From the IMG/VR virus record IMGVR_UViG_3300005611_000028, positions 1-58,290 of that record: DNA of 58,290 nucleotides; one strand, written 5' to 3'. A model generated the notes under the pieces. That model saw only the letters and a list, made by a program, of their open reading frames with translations, was not told the origin of the DNA and did not search any database. Source of the DNA: a virus. Lineage: Duplodnaviria; Caudoviricetes. The position numbers and the translations under genes were made by a program. Each line of letters starts with the position of its first letter. Positions within the stretch are counted from its first letter, which is position 1. Below, piece after piece: positions 1 to 8,909 of this stretch.

Positions 1-41
1 CGTGGTCGGCGGCGAGGTCGGCGGCGTGGTCGGCGGAGTCG
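1..41 (+). repeat. 12-bp coding tandem repeat (TCGGCGGCG+WGG); nt 1-13 are identical to 58278-58290
   Basis: cgtggtcggcggc at both ends of the window. Confidence 0.9.
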
Positions 42-95
42 GAAAACCTGATTAAATTTTTATCAGAATCAATGAATAACTCTACTCAAATATAA
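3..95 (+). CDS. 3' end of the SAA-repeat protein (WSAARSAAWSAESENLIKFLSESMNNSTQI*)
   Basis: In frame with the 57806 ORF when the 13-nt terminal overlap is merged; stop TAA 93-95 overlaps the next ATG. Confidence 0.8.
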   Translation, partial: WSAARSAAWSAESENLIKFLSESMNNSTQI

Positions 96-241
96 TGCAA
101 ACAATAGGCGAATACCGATACAAAAAAGGAATTTTGTATCAGCTACTAGGCGGCATATGGTGCCCAGTTTACCGACCACAAAAACAAATGGACATTAATA
201 GTATTATTTTGGCGTATAAGTCAGCAGCGCATGACAATTAA
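95..241 (+). CDS. small hypothetical protein (48 aa)
   Basis: TAATG coupling to the upstream stop; open frame MQTIGEYRYKKGILYQLLGG... Confidence 0.55.
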   Translation: MQTIGEYRYKKGILYQLLGGIWCPVYRPQKQMDINSIILAYKSAAHDN

Positions 242-243
242 CC

Positions 244-279
244 TTGCAAGCCTTCTTTGTATTGTTTAGAATAGTACAC
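244..279 (+). promoter_or_regulatory. sigma70-like promoter with an adjacent reversed GTGTACTA motif
   Basis: TTGCAA(244)-17 nt-TAGAAT(267), overlapping TAGTACAC 272-279. Confidence 0.6.
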
Positions 280-335
280 ATAGACAAGCACAAAGCTTGG
301 CGCTACTGGGAGCTACCCAGATCGAGGAGAATATA

Positions 336-416
336 ATGATTGCATTAATTTTAATCGCTTGTACTGTTGCTGGCCTTGGTATTGGTCGCGCTGTTTTTGG
401 CATCGAGATTATCTAA
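336..416 (+). CDS. 26-aa hydrophobic peptide
   Basis: GAGGAG RBS; MIALILIACTVAGLGIGRAVFGIEII*; stop abuts the next ATG. Confidence 0.55.
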   Translation: MIALILIACTVAGLGIGRAVFGIEII

Positions 417-656
417 ATGAAATCTTTTAAAGCAAAACCTGTTGATTTCCAGCGCTGCATATTACGCGCTTGCAGGGTGCGAAACACAAGCATAGCTAAG
501 GCATCTATTAAGGCTGGCATGTGCAGAACTTGGATGGCAGGCGTAGCGCACAGAAACAGGCCAACACTTGAGACCATGCTTTTATGTTCAAGCGCTTTTG
601 AAATGGAGCTTGTAGAGCTTTTGACCATTTGCGATTCAAAAAATAATATTAATTAG
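417..656 (+). CDS. Cro/C1-type HTH protein
   Basis: SIAKASIKAGMCRTWMAGV...RNRPTLETMLLCSSAFEMELVELL fits the XRE pattern. Confidence 0.6.
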   Translation: MKSFKAKPVDFQRCILRACRVRNTSIAKASIKAGMCRTWMAGVAHRNRPTLETMLLCSSAFEMELVELLTICDSKNNIN

Positions 657-673
657 GGATTTAATTAATATCG

Positions 674-1021
674 GTGATACATATGTCAAATGATTTGCTA
701 AGCGTAAAGTCAAAACAGCAATTACTAGACGCTTGGATAGCAGAGAAAGAGCGGCGAATGCTTTCTGATGCGGGCTTGATTATTAATGATAATACAGGGT
801 TTGTTGATAAGTTTATAACTAACCCGCTGTGTGAATCTGTCGTTAAGGGCTTGCAGGTTGTTAGGGTGCCGGCTATCAATCCAAAGAGCGGCATTATAGA
901 AATAAAGCTTAACGGCGTGACGCTAAAAACTTACCCAATAAAGCCTTTTTCTGAAATGAATTGCTACTGGAACCACGCGCTTGCTGAAAAGTTCGATAAA
1001 CTAAACGGGAACAGAAAATAA
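674..1021 (+). CDS. hypothetical protein
   Basis: ORF track; tightly packed plus-strand operon. Confidence 0.6.
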   Translation: MIHMSNDLLSVKSKQQLLDAWIAEKERRMLSDAGLIINDNTGFVDKFITNPLCESVVKGLQVVRVPAINPKSGIIEIKLNGVTLKTYPIKPFSEMNCYWNHALAEKFDKLNGNRK

Positions 1022-1022
1022 A

Positions 1023-1253
1023 ATGAGCATCGAAAAAGAGGCGTGGATAAAAGAAAATAATGCATGCTTTGCTAGTGCGGATTTCCCTTGCGCATCCAGT
1101 ATTGGCCAATCTAGCGTTGATGAAGGTGTGTCACTTGGGCTTATTAATATTCACAAAATCCCGACTGGATCAAGCGGGCGGCCCGTAATTTCATTAACCA
1201 CAAAAGGCAGGTTGCTTGTTCGAAAGATAAATAAAATAGGAGAAAGAAAATGA
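1023..1253 (+). CDS. hypothetical protein (possible winged helix)
   Basis: ORF track; ends ...VISLTTKGRLL. Confidence 0.55.
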   Translation: MSIEKEAWIKENNACFASADFPCASSIGQSSVDEGVSLGLINIHKIPTGSSGRPVISLTTKGRLLVRKINKIGERK

Positions 1254-1660
1254 ACAATGTAGAGCTAGCAAAAGTAAAGGCGTTTTATTACGCGAAGGTC
1301 GTGGAGTTTGGCGGTGATTACGCGGAAGCTAGAAGATTCTTGCAGCGTTATTGTAATGGAGATTGGTGCAGCCTACTTCCAAAAAGCACTGATGTCGATT
1401 GGTCAACTCTTGGTTACTGCCGAATAAAACCCGAAACAGTAATGCACCCGGGCGGTGAGATTCCAAAGCCTATGCAAATGGTTGATATTGAGATTGATCA
1501 TTCGTATATGCAAGTTGTGTTTATTCCCAAGCCGAATGAAAGATTATATTTTAATGTTGCTGCTGAGGATTCAGAGGATTATATAAAGTTGGGACTTGCC
1601 CACGCGACAAAAGAAGCCGCAATAGCGCACGCAAAAGTCATATACCAGATTGAGGATTGA
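1250..1660 (+). CDS. hypothetical phage protein
   Basis: AGGAG RBS; C-terminal GLAHATKEAAIAHAK motif typical of small phage proteins. Confidence 0.7.
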   Translation: MNNVELAKVKAFYYAKVVEFGGDYAEARRFLQRYCNGDWCSLLPKSTDVDWSTLGYCRIKPETVMHPGGEIPKPMQMVDIEIDHSYMQVVFIPKPNERLYFNVAAEDSEDYIKLGLAHATKEAAIAHAKVIYQIED

Positions 1661-2013
1661 TTGTGGATAAAGATATTTATCGTGCACTGATAATCAGAAA
1701 GCCGTGGATTGATCTAATCCTAAGTGGCCGTAAAACATGGGAAATGCGAAGCAGACCGACTAATATTCGCGGCCGGATAGGGCTTATTGAGCAGGGTTCA
1801 GGCTTTATTGTTGGCGAGTGCAATCTTGATCATTGCGGCGAGTCTATCACTAATTACAATCTCGGATGGGGCGACCACTTACATTTAATTTCTGATAGAG
1901 ATTTACTTGTTAAATGGCACGTTCCATGGGTTTTAAGTTGCGCAAGGCGATACGAAAAACCAATACCATACAAGCACCCGCGCGGCGCAGTGACATGGGT
2001 TAAGCTGAAATGA
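1657..2013 (+). CDS. ASCH domain protein
   Basis: ALIIRKPWIDLILSGRKTWEMRSRPTNIRGRIGLI matches the ASCH GxKxxExR signature. Confidence 0.9.
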   Translation: MIVDKDIYRALIIRKPWIDLILSGRKTWEMRSRPTNIRGRIGLIEQGSGFIVGECNLDHCGESITNYNLGWGDHLHLISDRDLLVKWHVPWVLSCARRYEKPIPYKHPRGAVTWVKLK

Positions 2014-2128
2014 CAAAAGCCACAATAGCCTTAGTCGCATTAATATCGCTAAATCTAGCCTCCGTAGCTCATATTGATCGAGAGCAAAAACCTGTAGCGT
2101 ACATTTACAAAATAGAGAGGATTCGATA

Positions 2129-2404
2129 ATGAATAAACTAATAAATCTTTGTTACTCAATACAATCCGCGTACATGCTGGGCGAGACCGATCACCCACAA
2201 AAAGTGGTCAAAGACCTTGGTATATTTAGCTTGAACCAGATTTCCCAGCCCATTGCTGATTGCTGGCAGTTTTTCGGGTGCGCGCTACCGGACGGCATAG
2301 AGCTGCCGGCTTATCTGAAAACATTTTGTGTGGATTCGTACGACATTTTTATAGGATTTGGACTTGATGCCGAAGAGGCCAGAGTTCTTAACAGTCTAAA
2401 CTAG
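2129..2404 (+). CDS. hypothetical protein
   Basis: ORF track, GAGG RBS. Confidence 0.6.
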   Translation: MNKLINLCYSIQSAYMLGETDHPQKVVKDLGIFSLNQISQPIADCWQFFGCALPDGIELPAYLKTFCVDSYDIFIGFGLDAEEARVLNSLN

Positions 2405-2421
2405 AGCAGAGTGGGTAAGGT

Positions 2422-2649
2422 ATGAGTGACGAAAAAAACAAACTATATTATTACTGCTTTTCTTTTAAGGGGCGAACCCCAGATGGCCAGCCAGCCAACG
2501 CGTCTACTTATGCTGGGTATGAAATAGAGTCATCTTTTACTATTAGAGAGATAGACAAGCGAAAGCTAATGGCTGGGTTAACGTACGAAGCGGTTCTATT
2601 GTCTATAACATTTATAGGTGTCATGACTGAAGAAGAATTTAAATCGTAA
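2422..2649 (+). CDS. hypothetical protein
   Basis: ORF track, RBS. Confidence 0.6.
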   Translation: MSDEKNKLYYYCFSFKGRTPDGQPANASTYAGYEIESSFTIREIDKRKLMAGLTYEAVLLSITFIGVMTEEEFKS

Positions 2650-2674
2650 ATAAAACAGATAAGGTAAGGGTATT

Positions 2675-3049
2675 ATGCAAACAAAGCAGCAGCGCGCGGA
2701 CATTGTAAACGAGATAATAAAAGCGATAGGCAGTTGCGGCCGTCACTTTTTCAGATATGGCGACGAATACGCCAAAATGATCATTAAGCACAACAAAATT
2801 TATATGATCAACGAGTGGAGTGGCGCAGTTATGCCTATTCGGACAAAATACAACATGCCCCCAAAAGGGTGGCATCACGGCGGCACGCTGTGGGCGCTCG
2901 CTCAGGACTTTGCAGGCTTTATAGAGCGCGGTGGAGACACTAACAACAATAACGGCTATGGCGGCCTGTATTGCTGGCACTGGGGGTATCCTGATGAGGA
3001 TATGGAGGCTATACGCGCCAAGGCTAAAGAGCTTGGTTATCTAAAATAA
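2675..3049 (+). CDS. hypothetical phage protein
   Basis: ORF track; HGGTL and WGY motifs recurrent in small phage proteins. Confidence 0.7.
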   Translation: MQTKQQRADIVNEIIKAIGSCGRHFFRYGDEYAKMIIKHNKIYMINEWSGAVMPIRTKYNMPPKGWHHGGTLWALAQDFAGFIERGGDTNNNNGYGGLYCWHWGYPDEDMEAIRAKAKELGYLK

Positions 3050-3137
3050 AAAGCCCGCTTGCAAATGAATATAAGCGGGATTCAGTTAGAAAAAGTCACC
3101 AATAACCACATGTAGTCGCCAAGATCATATCACCGGC

Positions 3138-3188
3138 TTGATCTTATAGTTTGATGTACTAAATTTATATGTACAAACAAACTATAAC
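3138..3188 (+). promoter_or_regulatory. promoter with TGTACTAAATT motif inside an inverted repeat
   Basis: TTGATC-16 nt-TAAATT; ttatagtttg...caaactataa inverted repeat. Confidence 0.5.
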
Positions 3189-3202
3189 TCAGGCGGAAGT
3201 AT

Positions 3203-3376
3203 ATGAGCGCTCAAACACCGAAAGAGCAAGAATCGTCAGTTAGGTATTATCAGGGTCGAGTATGCCCTATAAGCGATGTTACGCACTACGTTCTGTACGG
3301 GTTGCCATTGCCACAGCCTGTGAGGTTTTTCCCGCTAATCGAAGTTAAAAAAGAGGCCTCAAATGGAAATCATTGA
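3203..3376 (+). CDS. small hypothetical protein (57 aa)
   Basis: Open frame MSAQTPKEQ... directly after the promoter. Confidence 0.45.
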   Translation: MSAQTPKEQESSVRYYQGRVCPISDVTHYVLYGLPLPQPVRFFPLIEVKKEASNGNH

Positions 3377-3425
3377 TCGCATAGAAGAGCCCGCAATACT
3401 GATTGTATGCGGTATGGCGTTAGGC

Positions 3426-3851
3426 TTAATCTTCGCCGCTTTCTTCATTTGACTTCATTAGGGCTCGCATATGGGCCCTTTGTTCCGCAGTCATTGATTT
3501 AACGTCGATGGGCAGTTCTCGGGTTGTTACATCGGCTTTTACATCAGCCTCAACCTTCACTTGCTTTCCGTAGTCCTCAGGCGCAAGCTTCTCCATCAAA
3601 AATCGAATCATTGGCCCATCACCCTCTAGCGCTAGATCAACACCAACATCACGTATTTTTGCAAGCGTCTCATACTTTCCTGCATAATATGCCCGCTCTA
3701 TTTCTGGATAAGTTGCGCACTTTACCGAGAATGAGTTTATTCCCCATCCTAGCCGCTGCATTGTTTCGCTTTTCCCCATTCCTTTACGTCCGCACTCTCT
3801 AACTATTGCGAGTTCGGCGGGCCCCACCGGATGACTAGCCCCCATACGCAT
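3426..3851 (-). CDS. terS: terminase small subunit (putative)
   Basis: N-terminal HTH-like segment, then YPEIERAYYAGK...ALEGDGPMIRFLMEKLAPEDYG...DVKSMTAEQ, a typical TerS pattern; start estimated at the internal ATG. Confidence 0.75.
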   Translation of the reverse strand: MRMGASHPVGPAELAIVRECGRKGMGKSETMQRLGWGINSFSVKCATYPEIERAYYAGKYETLAKIRDVGVDLALEGDGPMIRFLMEKLAPEDYGKQVKVEADVKADVTTRELPIDVKSMTAEQRAHMRALMKSNEESGED

Positions 3852-4278
3852 CACACGCGGCAGAGTTGAATCGAATTTCAATGGAATGCTCCAGCCTATC
3901 TATTTTATTTATCAGCTCAGCGTAAGCTTTACGGCTTTTGGTTACTGCCCATTTGTTATTTACGCATCCCAATGATTGGCCAACACCTATACACCCCTCT
4001 AGGTCTGCAATGGTATTGGCTGGGTGAATCATTATGTAGGTTCGATTTGGAACATTAGCGACTTCAAACCCCCAATCATAATCACCGCCAGTTGTTCGCG
4101 ATACAACGCCGCTCATTCTGGGTGTGAGAGGGTATTTACCCTCGGGTATACAGCTGATGTTTTGTTCGTTTTTACGCCATGGTTTTTCTACCGTATAACA
4201 CTGCTCTTTTCCATCGATGTACAGAACGCCGAACGTCCCCATGCTGGAATACATGAATCTCTCAATCACTATGTTCAT
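3835..4278 (-). CDS. DUF5675-family protein, candidate endolysin
   Basis: TFGVL..CYTVE.PW..N....SCIPEGKY...VPNRTYIMIHPAN...LEGCIGVG; the only lysin candidate in the genome. Confidence 0.8.
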   Translation of the reverse strand: MNIVIERFMYSSMGTFGVLYIDGKEQCYTVEKPWRKNEQNISCIPEGKYPLTPRMSGVVSRTTGGDYDWGFEVANVPNRTYIMIHPANTIADLEGCIGVGQSLGCVNNKWAVTKSRKAYAELINKIDRLEHSIEIRFNSAACDAYGG

Positions 4279-4822
4279 TTAAAGCTTTCCCCATTAAATC
4301 CAACACCTCTTTATCGTTATCATTGTACACAATAAAGCGTTTTATCAAAATTTTGAGCGTTTCGCGGTCATCGTCGCATAAGCCTTGAGGCGGCAAGCAT
4401 GGCTTTGGCAACTCCAAATCTTCGGCTCTAACACATATAAGCTCTTGCTCTATGCTTTCTGGGCTTATTTGCTCTGTAGCATGAGTGTTGGTGAATTCTA
4501 CGTCAGTGATAGCGTATCCAAGCTTGCGAACGCCTGGGGGAGATACAAAAACGCTGGGCGCGCGGTAAACCGCCCCCCCTTCTTCTGTTGCTATGAGGAT
4601 TTCACCGCTTATTAAGTGGTTTATCGTTGCCTCTCTATGGTACTTGCCAAGTATCAGCTCGCCTTTTTTGAACTTGACGATTTTACAAGCCGTGCCGGTG
4701 CCGTGAACAAAACGTTCGCGCCCCTCCATTTCTACGCATTTGGCCTTAACCATTTGGCTTTCGAACGCGTGAATATTGGCAGGCGTGAACGATCCCGACT
4801 TTAACAGCGATAATTGATTCAT
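4262..4822 (-). CDS. cupin-like phage protein
   Basis: KGELILGKYH...NHLISGEI...APSVFVSPPGVRKLGYAITD..FTNTH. Confidence 0.65.
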   Translation of the reverse strand: MNQLSLLKSGSFTPANIHAFESQMVKAKCVEMEGRERFVHGTGTACKIVKFKKGELILGKYHREATINHLISGEILIATEEGGAVYRAPSVFVSPPGVRKLGYAITDVEFTNTHATEQISPESIEQELICVRAEDLELPKPCLPPQGLCDDDRETLKILIKRFIVYNDNDKEVLDLMGKALNEHSD

Positions 4823-5145
4823 TAATCGGCTGTGACTGGGCTTAGCATTAGCTTAATACTGGTTTCGCTTTTGCCACCCTCAAGAATTGACCTGTATGTG
4901 CCGGCGGCAAGGTAAAAATCTTTTGTATCATCGAACGGTATTGCTTTTCGATAGTATCGAAACCTATCATCGCCAGCGCCGATTCCACTATCGACCTGAA
5001 TTAGCACCCGCTCGGTTCCTGTGATAACAGAATCATTGCCTCCATCCGCGTCTTTACCCAGAACGCACGCTTGGACAAGAGTTCTATCTGTAATAGTAAA
5101 TTCACTGCCTTTTGGCGCTGCCGCCGTTAACGTTTCAACAAACAT
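4822..5145 (-). CDS. small beta-rich hypothetical protein (possibly virion-associated)
   Basis: ORF track, GAGGA RBS, coupled to the next gene. Confidence 0.65.
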   Translation of the reverse strand: MFVETLTAAAPKGSEFTITDRTLVQACVLGKDADGGNDSVITGTERVLIQVDSGIGAGDDRFRYYRKAIPFDDTKDFYLAAGTYRSILEGGKSETSIKLMLSPVTAD

Positions 5146-5156
5146 TTTTTATTCCT

Positions 5157-6230
5157 CTATACTTCTGAGCATACGCCCAAATTAATTGGATAAACTATAC
5201 CGTACTCTATGCCTATTTTAATTCCGTCCGCGTTTGAATTCATTGAGCGATAAATTGGTGACTCTATGCTGCTTTCGTTAAAATTAAAAACAAACTCCTC
5301 GCTCAAATAATCGCCGTTACTCGGGTAGTAATAATACACCGTTGTAGTTCGCGGTGAGTCAACGATTAAATGCCCATTTCTCTCACCCACTTCTCCAAGC
5401 ACGATTATATCGCTTTCGACATCAAATAGCATGCCGTCCTCTACTGCGATACCGAAGAATACTGACCCCTCGGATGTTGTGTCTGCGCTCGCTATATCCG
5501 TCTCGTAGCGAGTATAGCCCACCGGCACATCTGGCGGAGGCGTTGTGCTAGGAACTCCGAAAACTGGACGGTCAGGCGCTATTGTAGCCCCTTGAATTTG
5601 AATTAAATCCCTAGCTGGGGAATCATTCTCAGCAGTCAGTGGGTCCGCTAGAGTTCCTTCTGTACCATTAAGCCTAAAAATCTCCGTAGGCGGTGTAGCT
5701 AGAGCAGTTAAATCACTGCCTGACTGATATGCACTAACCTGGCTAGATTCAACAGCGTGATCTATCCAGTATGCGGCCTCGTACATTTCGAAATTATCGC
5801 CATCGATAGCACCGCCTTGAAGTCGCAACCTGAAATTGGCATCATCCCACGCATCGCCAATTGCCACCGGAGTTTCTGCCACTCCATTCACGTACGCAGT
5901 GAGTAGTTGCGTTGTTATGTCTGCTTCCAAAAAACAAGTATTTATTGCATCATCAGTGTACGGAACGGTTACTGTAGTCGAGCCGCCGCCCGTACCCAAA
6001 GTTCGAATTCTAAATAATATGTTTCTTGTAGCGCCAGCGGCGATGCTTGGGCCACCGCTCAACGTTTCGTTAGCTGCCCTACCTGACATTAAATAGTTTG
6101 TTGCATATACACGCGTTGGCGTTCGAAACTTCAGCATAATCGTGAGCTTTGTAACGCCAGCCAGACTAATGTCGGAACTCTGCTTGTGTACTATTTGGTT
6201 TGCTGTGGAGCCTGTCGTTAAATATGACAT
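5157..6230 (-). CDS. LamG/concanavalin A-like domain protein
   Basis: KLTIMLKFRT...LTAYVNGV...FEMYEAAYWIDHAV...YQSG; Pro/Thr linker and a second beta domain. Confidence 0.6.
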   Translation of the reverse strand: MSYLTTGSTANQIVHKQSSDISLAGVTKLTIMLKFRTPTRVYATNYLMSGRAANETLSGGPSIAAGATRNILFRIRTLGTGGGSTTVTVPYTDDAINTCFLEADITTQLLTAYVNGVAETPVAIGDAWDDANFRLRLQGGAIDGDNFEMYEAAYWIDHAVESSQVSAYQSGSDLTALATPPTEIFRLNGTEGTLADPLTAENDSPARDLIQIQGATIAPDRPVFGVPSTTPPPDVPVGYTRYETDIASADTTSEGSVFFGIAVEDGMLFDVESDIIVLGEVGERNGHLIVDSPRTTTVYYYYPSNGDYLSEEFVFNFNESSIESPIYRSMNSNADGIKIGIEYGIVYPINLGVCSEV

Positions 6231-6239
6231 CTAATTCTC

Positions 6240-8477
6240 CTAAATCGGCATCGGCAGGTCGCCGTCAACGTCTCTGTAAAACGGCTCTAACACATCATCA
6301 CGATTAAATATGCTGGTGTCGGGAATAGTTACAGTTGTTATAGCCCCCACGCTTTCAGCCTTTACTACGTAGCACCGATATTGATTGTCATCATTATTTA
6401 GCAAAAACGGCACCTTTGACGCGTTGTCGTTATCAACATACCAGTCGTATACGATCATGTCCTTCATGCCGTTATCAGCCGGATCAGTACTTTCCAGAGT
6501 TTGATTGCTTGTAAAGTGGACCGCTGCTGCCGCTACCCCAGTCGGATTTTTTCGCATTAGGGTGGCAGCTTGACTTATGGCGAAATATGACATGTCGGAT
6601 GGATGCACATTAGCCGAGTCTCTAAACTGGCCCCCCCAGACTTTAATACCTTCATTGCCGAAAGGTACTGAACCTCCTCCGAACGCGTTTGTATTTGCTG
6701 GTACGGTTCCTAAATCTGGATCAATATCAGCGCCAGCAGTTCGGATGCTAATGCAATGCTTCTCTCGCTGCCCTTTATTTCCACCGCACCAAACATCACG
6801 AACCACCTCTTTGCCACCGCCCATGATTCTTAAATTATGCTCTCGGACATTATCAAACGCGCAATTTATAATTGCTATACCATCAATTTCCGCATAGATT
6901 CCTGAAACATTTAAACCCGGACTTACTTGACCAGTGTAGAAAGTTTTTACTCCATCGTCGGTTAAAATGTCTATCTGCAAATTTGTATCGTGATCGTAAT
7001 TAGGGGAAGTAACAACATAATCACCGTTAGACTCAACCTGTATAGTTCCAAATCCTGTGAGCGTAATTAATTGCCCAGCGCTGTATGTAGTGCTATCAAA
7101 ATCAATCGAAGTTACAGACGTTCCGCCCACAAAGTCAAAAATATTACCGGTTGACCCGCCATTCTCGGTAATAATACTGAGTGCCGAGGAGCCTTTAACT
7201 ACAGAGTTAGACAGATAAAAGCCCGCACTGTATTGCAGTGTTTCTGGCGCAAGACCGTTTGATGGGACGTATGCAGGCTTAAATGAATTGCCCATTTCAA
7301 TACGCCCGCGATTATCGTCGGGTGTAGTCAAGTTTGAATAATCGCCGTCCCAATGATCTACTGTTATGTGATCAAAACTTAAACCGGGTGTTATAGCGCC
7401 AGCTCTAATGCCTGAAATCCTGACATTTTTACACCAGCCGTCTACCACGTCCGCGTCTTTTACAAACGACCCGCCAGAGGCTACAGACTGTATACCTGAG
7501 CTGTTAACGTTTAACATTATCTCGCCGTTAATTTCAGCGTTACCACCACCCCAACTGCTTATACTCCAATCGCTCTGACCGATGCCGATACCAACATCGG
7601 AATTAAAAACATCGCCATTGTAGAAAAGAACTCGCTTCCCATCGTACTCATTATAAGCAGGTATGGTGTCTGTGTAAGTGGCGCCAGCAATGGCCCCTGC
7701 AGCCGTGTAGGTTGATTCATCGACAGGCGTTAATGTATTTGATACGTAAATTGTATTTGCAGCACCGTAATAGCTTTGCTGGTCTATAACCCATATAGAT
7801 TTAGTTGCGGTGTACTCCTCGCCGGTGCTTGCTTTTACAGTTACCGACGCTACAAATTCGGTTAAGCCTTGCCCGTCCGGCACATCGTAAACATATGCGT
7901 TCATTAGCGTGCTGTCGCTAGTATTCCCATCTAAGCTTCTGGCTTTCTCGATACGCGTTCCGTGCGCTATATCAACCGCATTAATATCCCCAAAATCCCA
8001 GCGAGCGCCGTATAACTCACTGAATAATTCACGAGCGCCAACACCTGCAACGCTAGCAAACAAGTGCGTTCCGAATGGCGCTATAGCGGGGTTTGCTTGC
8101 GTCCCTAGTTCGTTGCTTCCTGAGTACGCAGCTATTGATCCACCGGACGATGGCACAATGTCCAGCGTCAACGTGTTTGAGTCAACGCCCCCGTCACCAT
8201 CATTAAGTGTGAATTCTAGGGAGCCTGCGCCCACTGCTGATCCCGTTACACTAACATTTGTGGAGGCCGGAACTACAGAGGCAGTGCAGTTTACTAGAGA
8301 CGCAACGCCGGTCACGGTGGGTGATAATGAAGCCCTGTAGCGTGAACCCTGAGAAACATCAACAGATGTAGGCTCTAGCACTGTGACCTCAGATGACACG
8401 GGCGCAGCTATAATGTTCTGGTCTGGGTCTGTAGCATAACCTGAGTTCATTTTTGTTAGCTGTATTTTTCTGCTCAT
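6240..8477 (-). CDS. large beta-rich adhesin/receptor-binding-like protein (Ig/cadherin-like + PKD-like + probable beta-helix)
   Basis: FTLNDGDGG (Ig-like); WDFGD...AYVYD...SVTVK (PKD-like); G/N/D/S/T-rich C-terminus; no signal peptide. Confidence 0.55.
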   Translation of the reverse strand: MSRKIQLTKMNSGYATDPDQNIIAAPVSSEVTVLEPTSVDVSQGSRYRASLSPTVTGVASLVNCTASVVPASTNVSVTGSAVGAGSLEFTLNDGDGGVDSNTLTLDIVPSSGGSIAAYSGSNELGTQANPAIAPFGTHLFASVAGVGARELFSELYGARWDFGDINAVDIAHGTRIEKARSLDGNTSDSTLMNAYVYDVPDGQGLTEFVASVTVKASTGEEYTATKSIWVIDQQSYYGAANTIYVSNTLTPVDESTYTAAGAIAGATYTDTIPAYNEYDGKRVLFYNGDVFNSDVGIGIGQSDWSISSWGGGNAEINGEIMLNVNSSGIQSVASGGSFVKDADVVDGWCKNVRISGIRAGAITPGLSFDHITVDHWDGDYSNLTTPDDNRGRIEMGNSFKPAYVPSNGLAPETLQYSAGFYLSNSVVKGSSALSIITENGGSTGNIFDFVGGTSVTSIDFDSTTYSAGQLITLTGFGTIQVESNGDYVVTSPNYDHDTNLQIDILTDDGVKTFYTGQVSPGLNVSGIYAEIDGIAIINCAFDNVREHNLRIMGGGKEVVRDVWCGGNKGQREKHCISIRTAGADIDPDLGTVPANTNAFGGGSVPFGNEGIKVWGGQFRDSANVHPSDMSYFAISQAATLMRKNPTGVAAAAVHFTSNQTLESTDPADNGMKDMIVYDWYVDNDNASKVPFLLNNDDNQYRCYVVKAESVGAITTVTIPDTSIFNRDDVLEPFYRDVDGDLPMPI

Positions 8478-8479
8478 AA

Positions 8480-8677
8480 TTATTTTTCACTTAATGGCTT
8501 ATTTGTAGATTCACGCATAGCAGCAATTAGCGCAGCTATTACCATGGACACAACGCCGTAATATTCGCCCAAAAATTCCTCCGCTAGCGGGAGCTGACCG
8601 GAGGCGGCAACAAGAATCGAAAGCCAGTAAGTTTTTGATTTTAATCGCTTAATTATGGAGTTCATCATGCGCCTCAT
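8480..8677 (-). CDS. holin (putative)
   Basis: Two TM segments, basic N-terminus KRLKSKTYW, C-terminal R..TNKPLSEK; next to the spanins. Confidence 0.7.
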   Translation of the reverse strand: MRRMMNSIIKRLKSKTYWLSILVAASGQLPLAEEFLGEYYGVVSMVIAALIAAMRESTNKPLSEK

Positions 8678-8909
8678 TGATTATGCATTGAGTTTCAATT
8701 CTGGCCCTACATGTTGCGGCCATGGTCATTATTTTGTCGAAAGCTTCATCGCTAAGAGGGATCAAGTCATCACCTGAAAAAGCTGGCATTGGAGGAAATC
8801 CTAGACACCCAACTGGCTCATGGACCTCTATCGTCGAGCACGCGGTTAAGCCTGTCAGCACGATCACTGCCGCCGCTATCTTTAATTTCTTCAATGCGCT
8901 CTTTTTCAT
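8649..8909 (-). CDS. o-spanin (Rz1-like lipoprotein)
   Basis: Lipobox LTAC; Pro/Cys-rich mature part; overlaps the i-spanin in another frame. Confidence 0.75.
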   Translation of the reverse strand: MKKSALKKLKIAAAVIVLTGLTACSTIEVHEPVGCLGFPPMPAFSGDDLIPLSDEAFDKIMTMAATCRARIETQCIINEAHDELHN

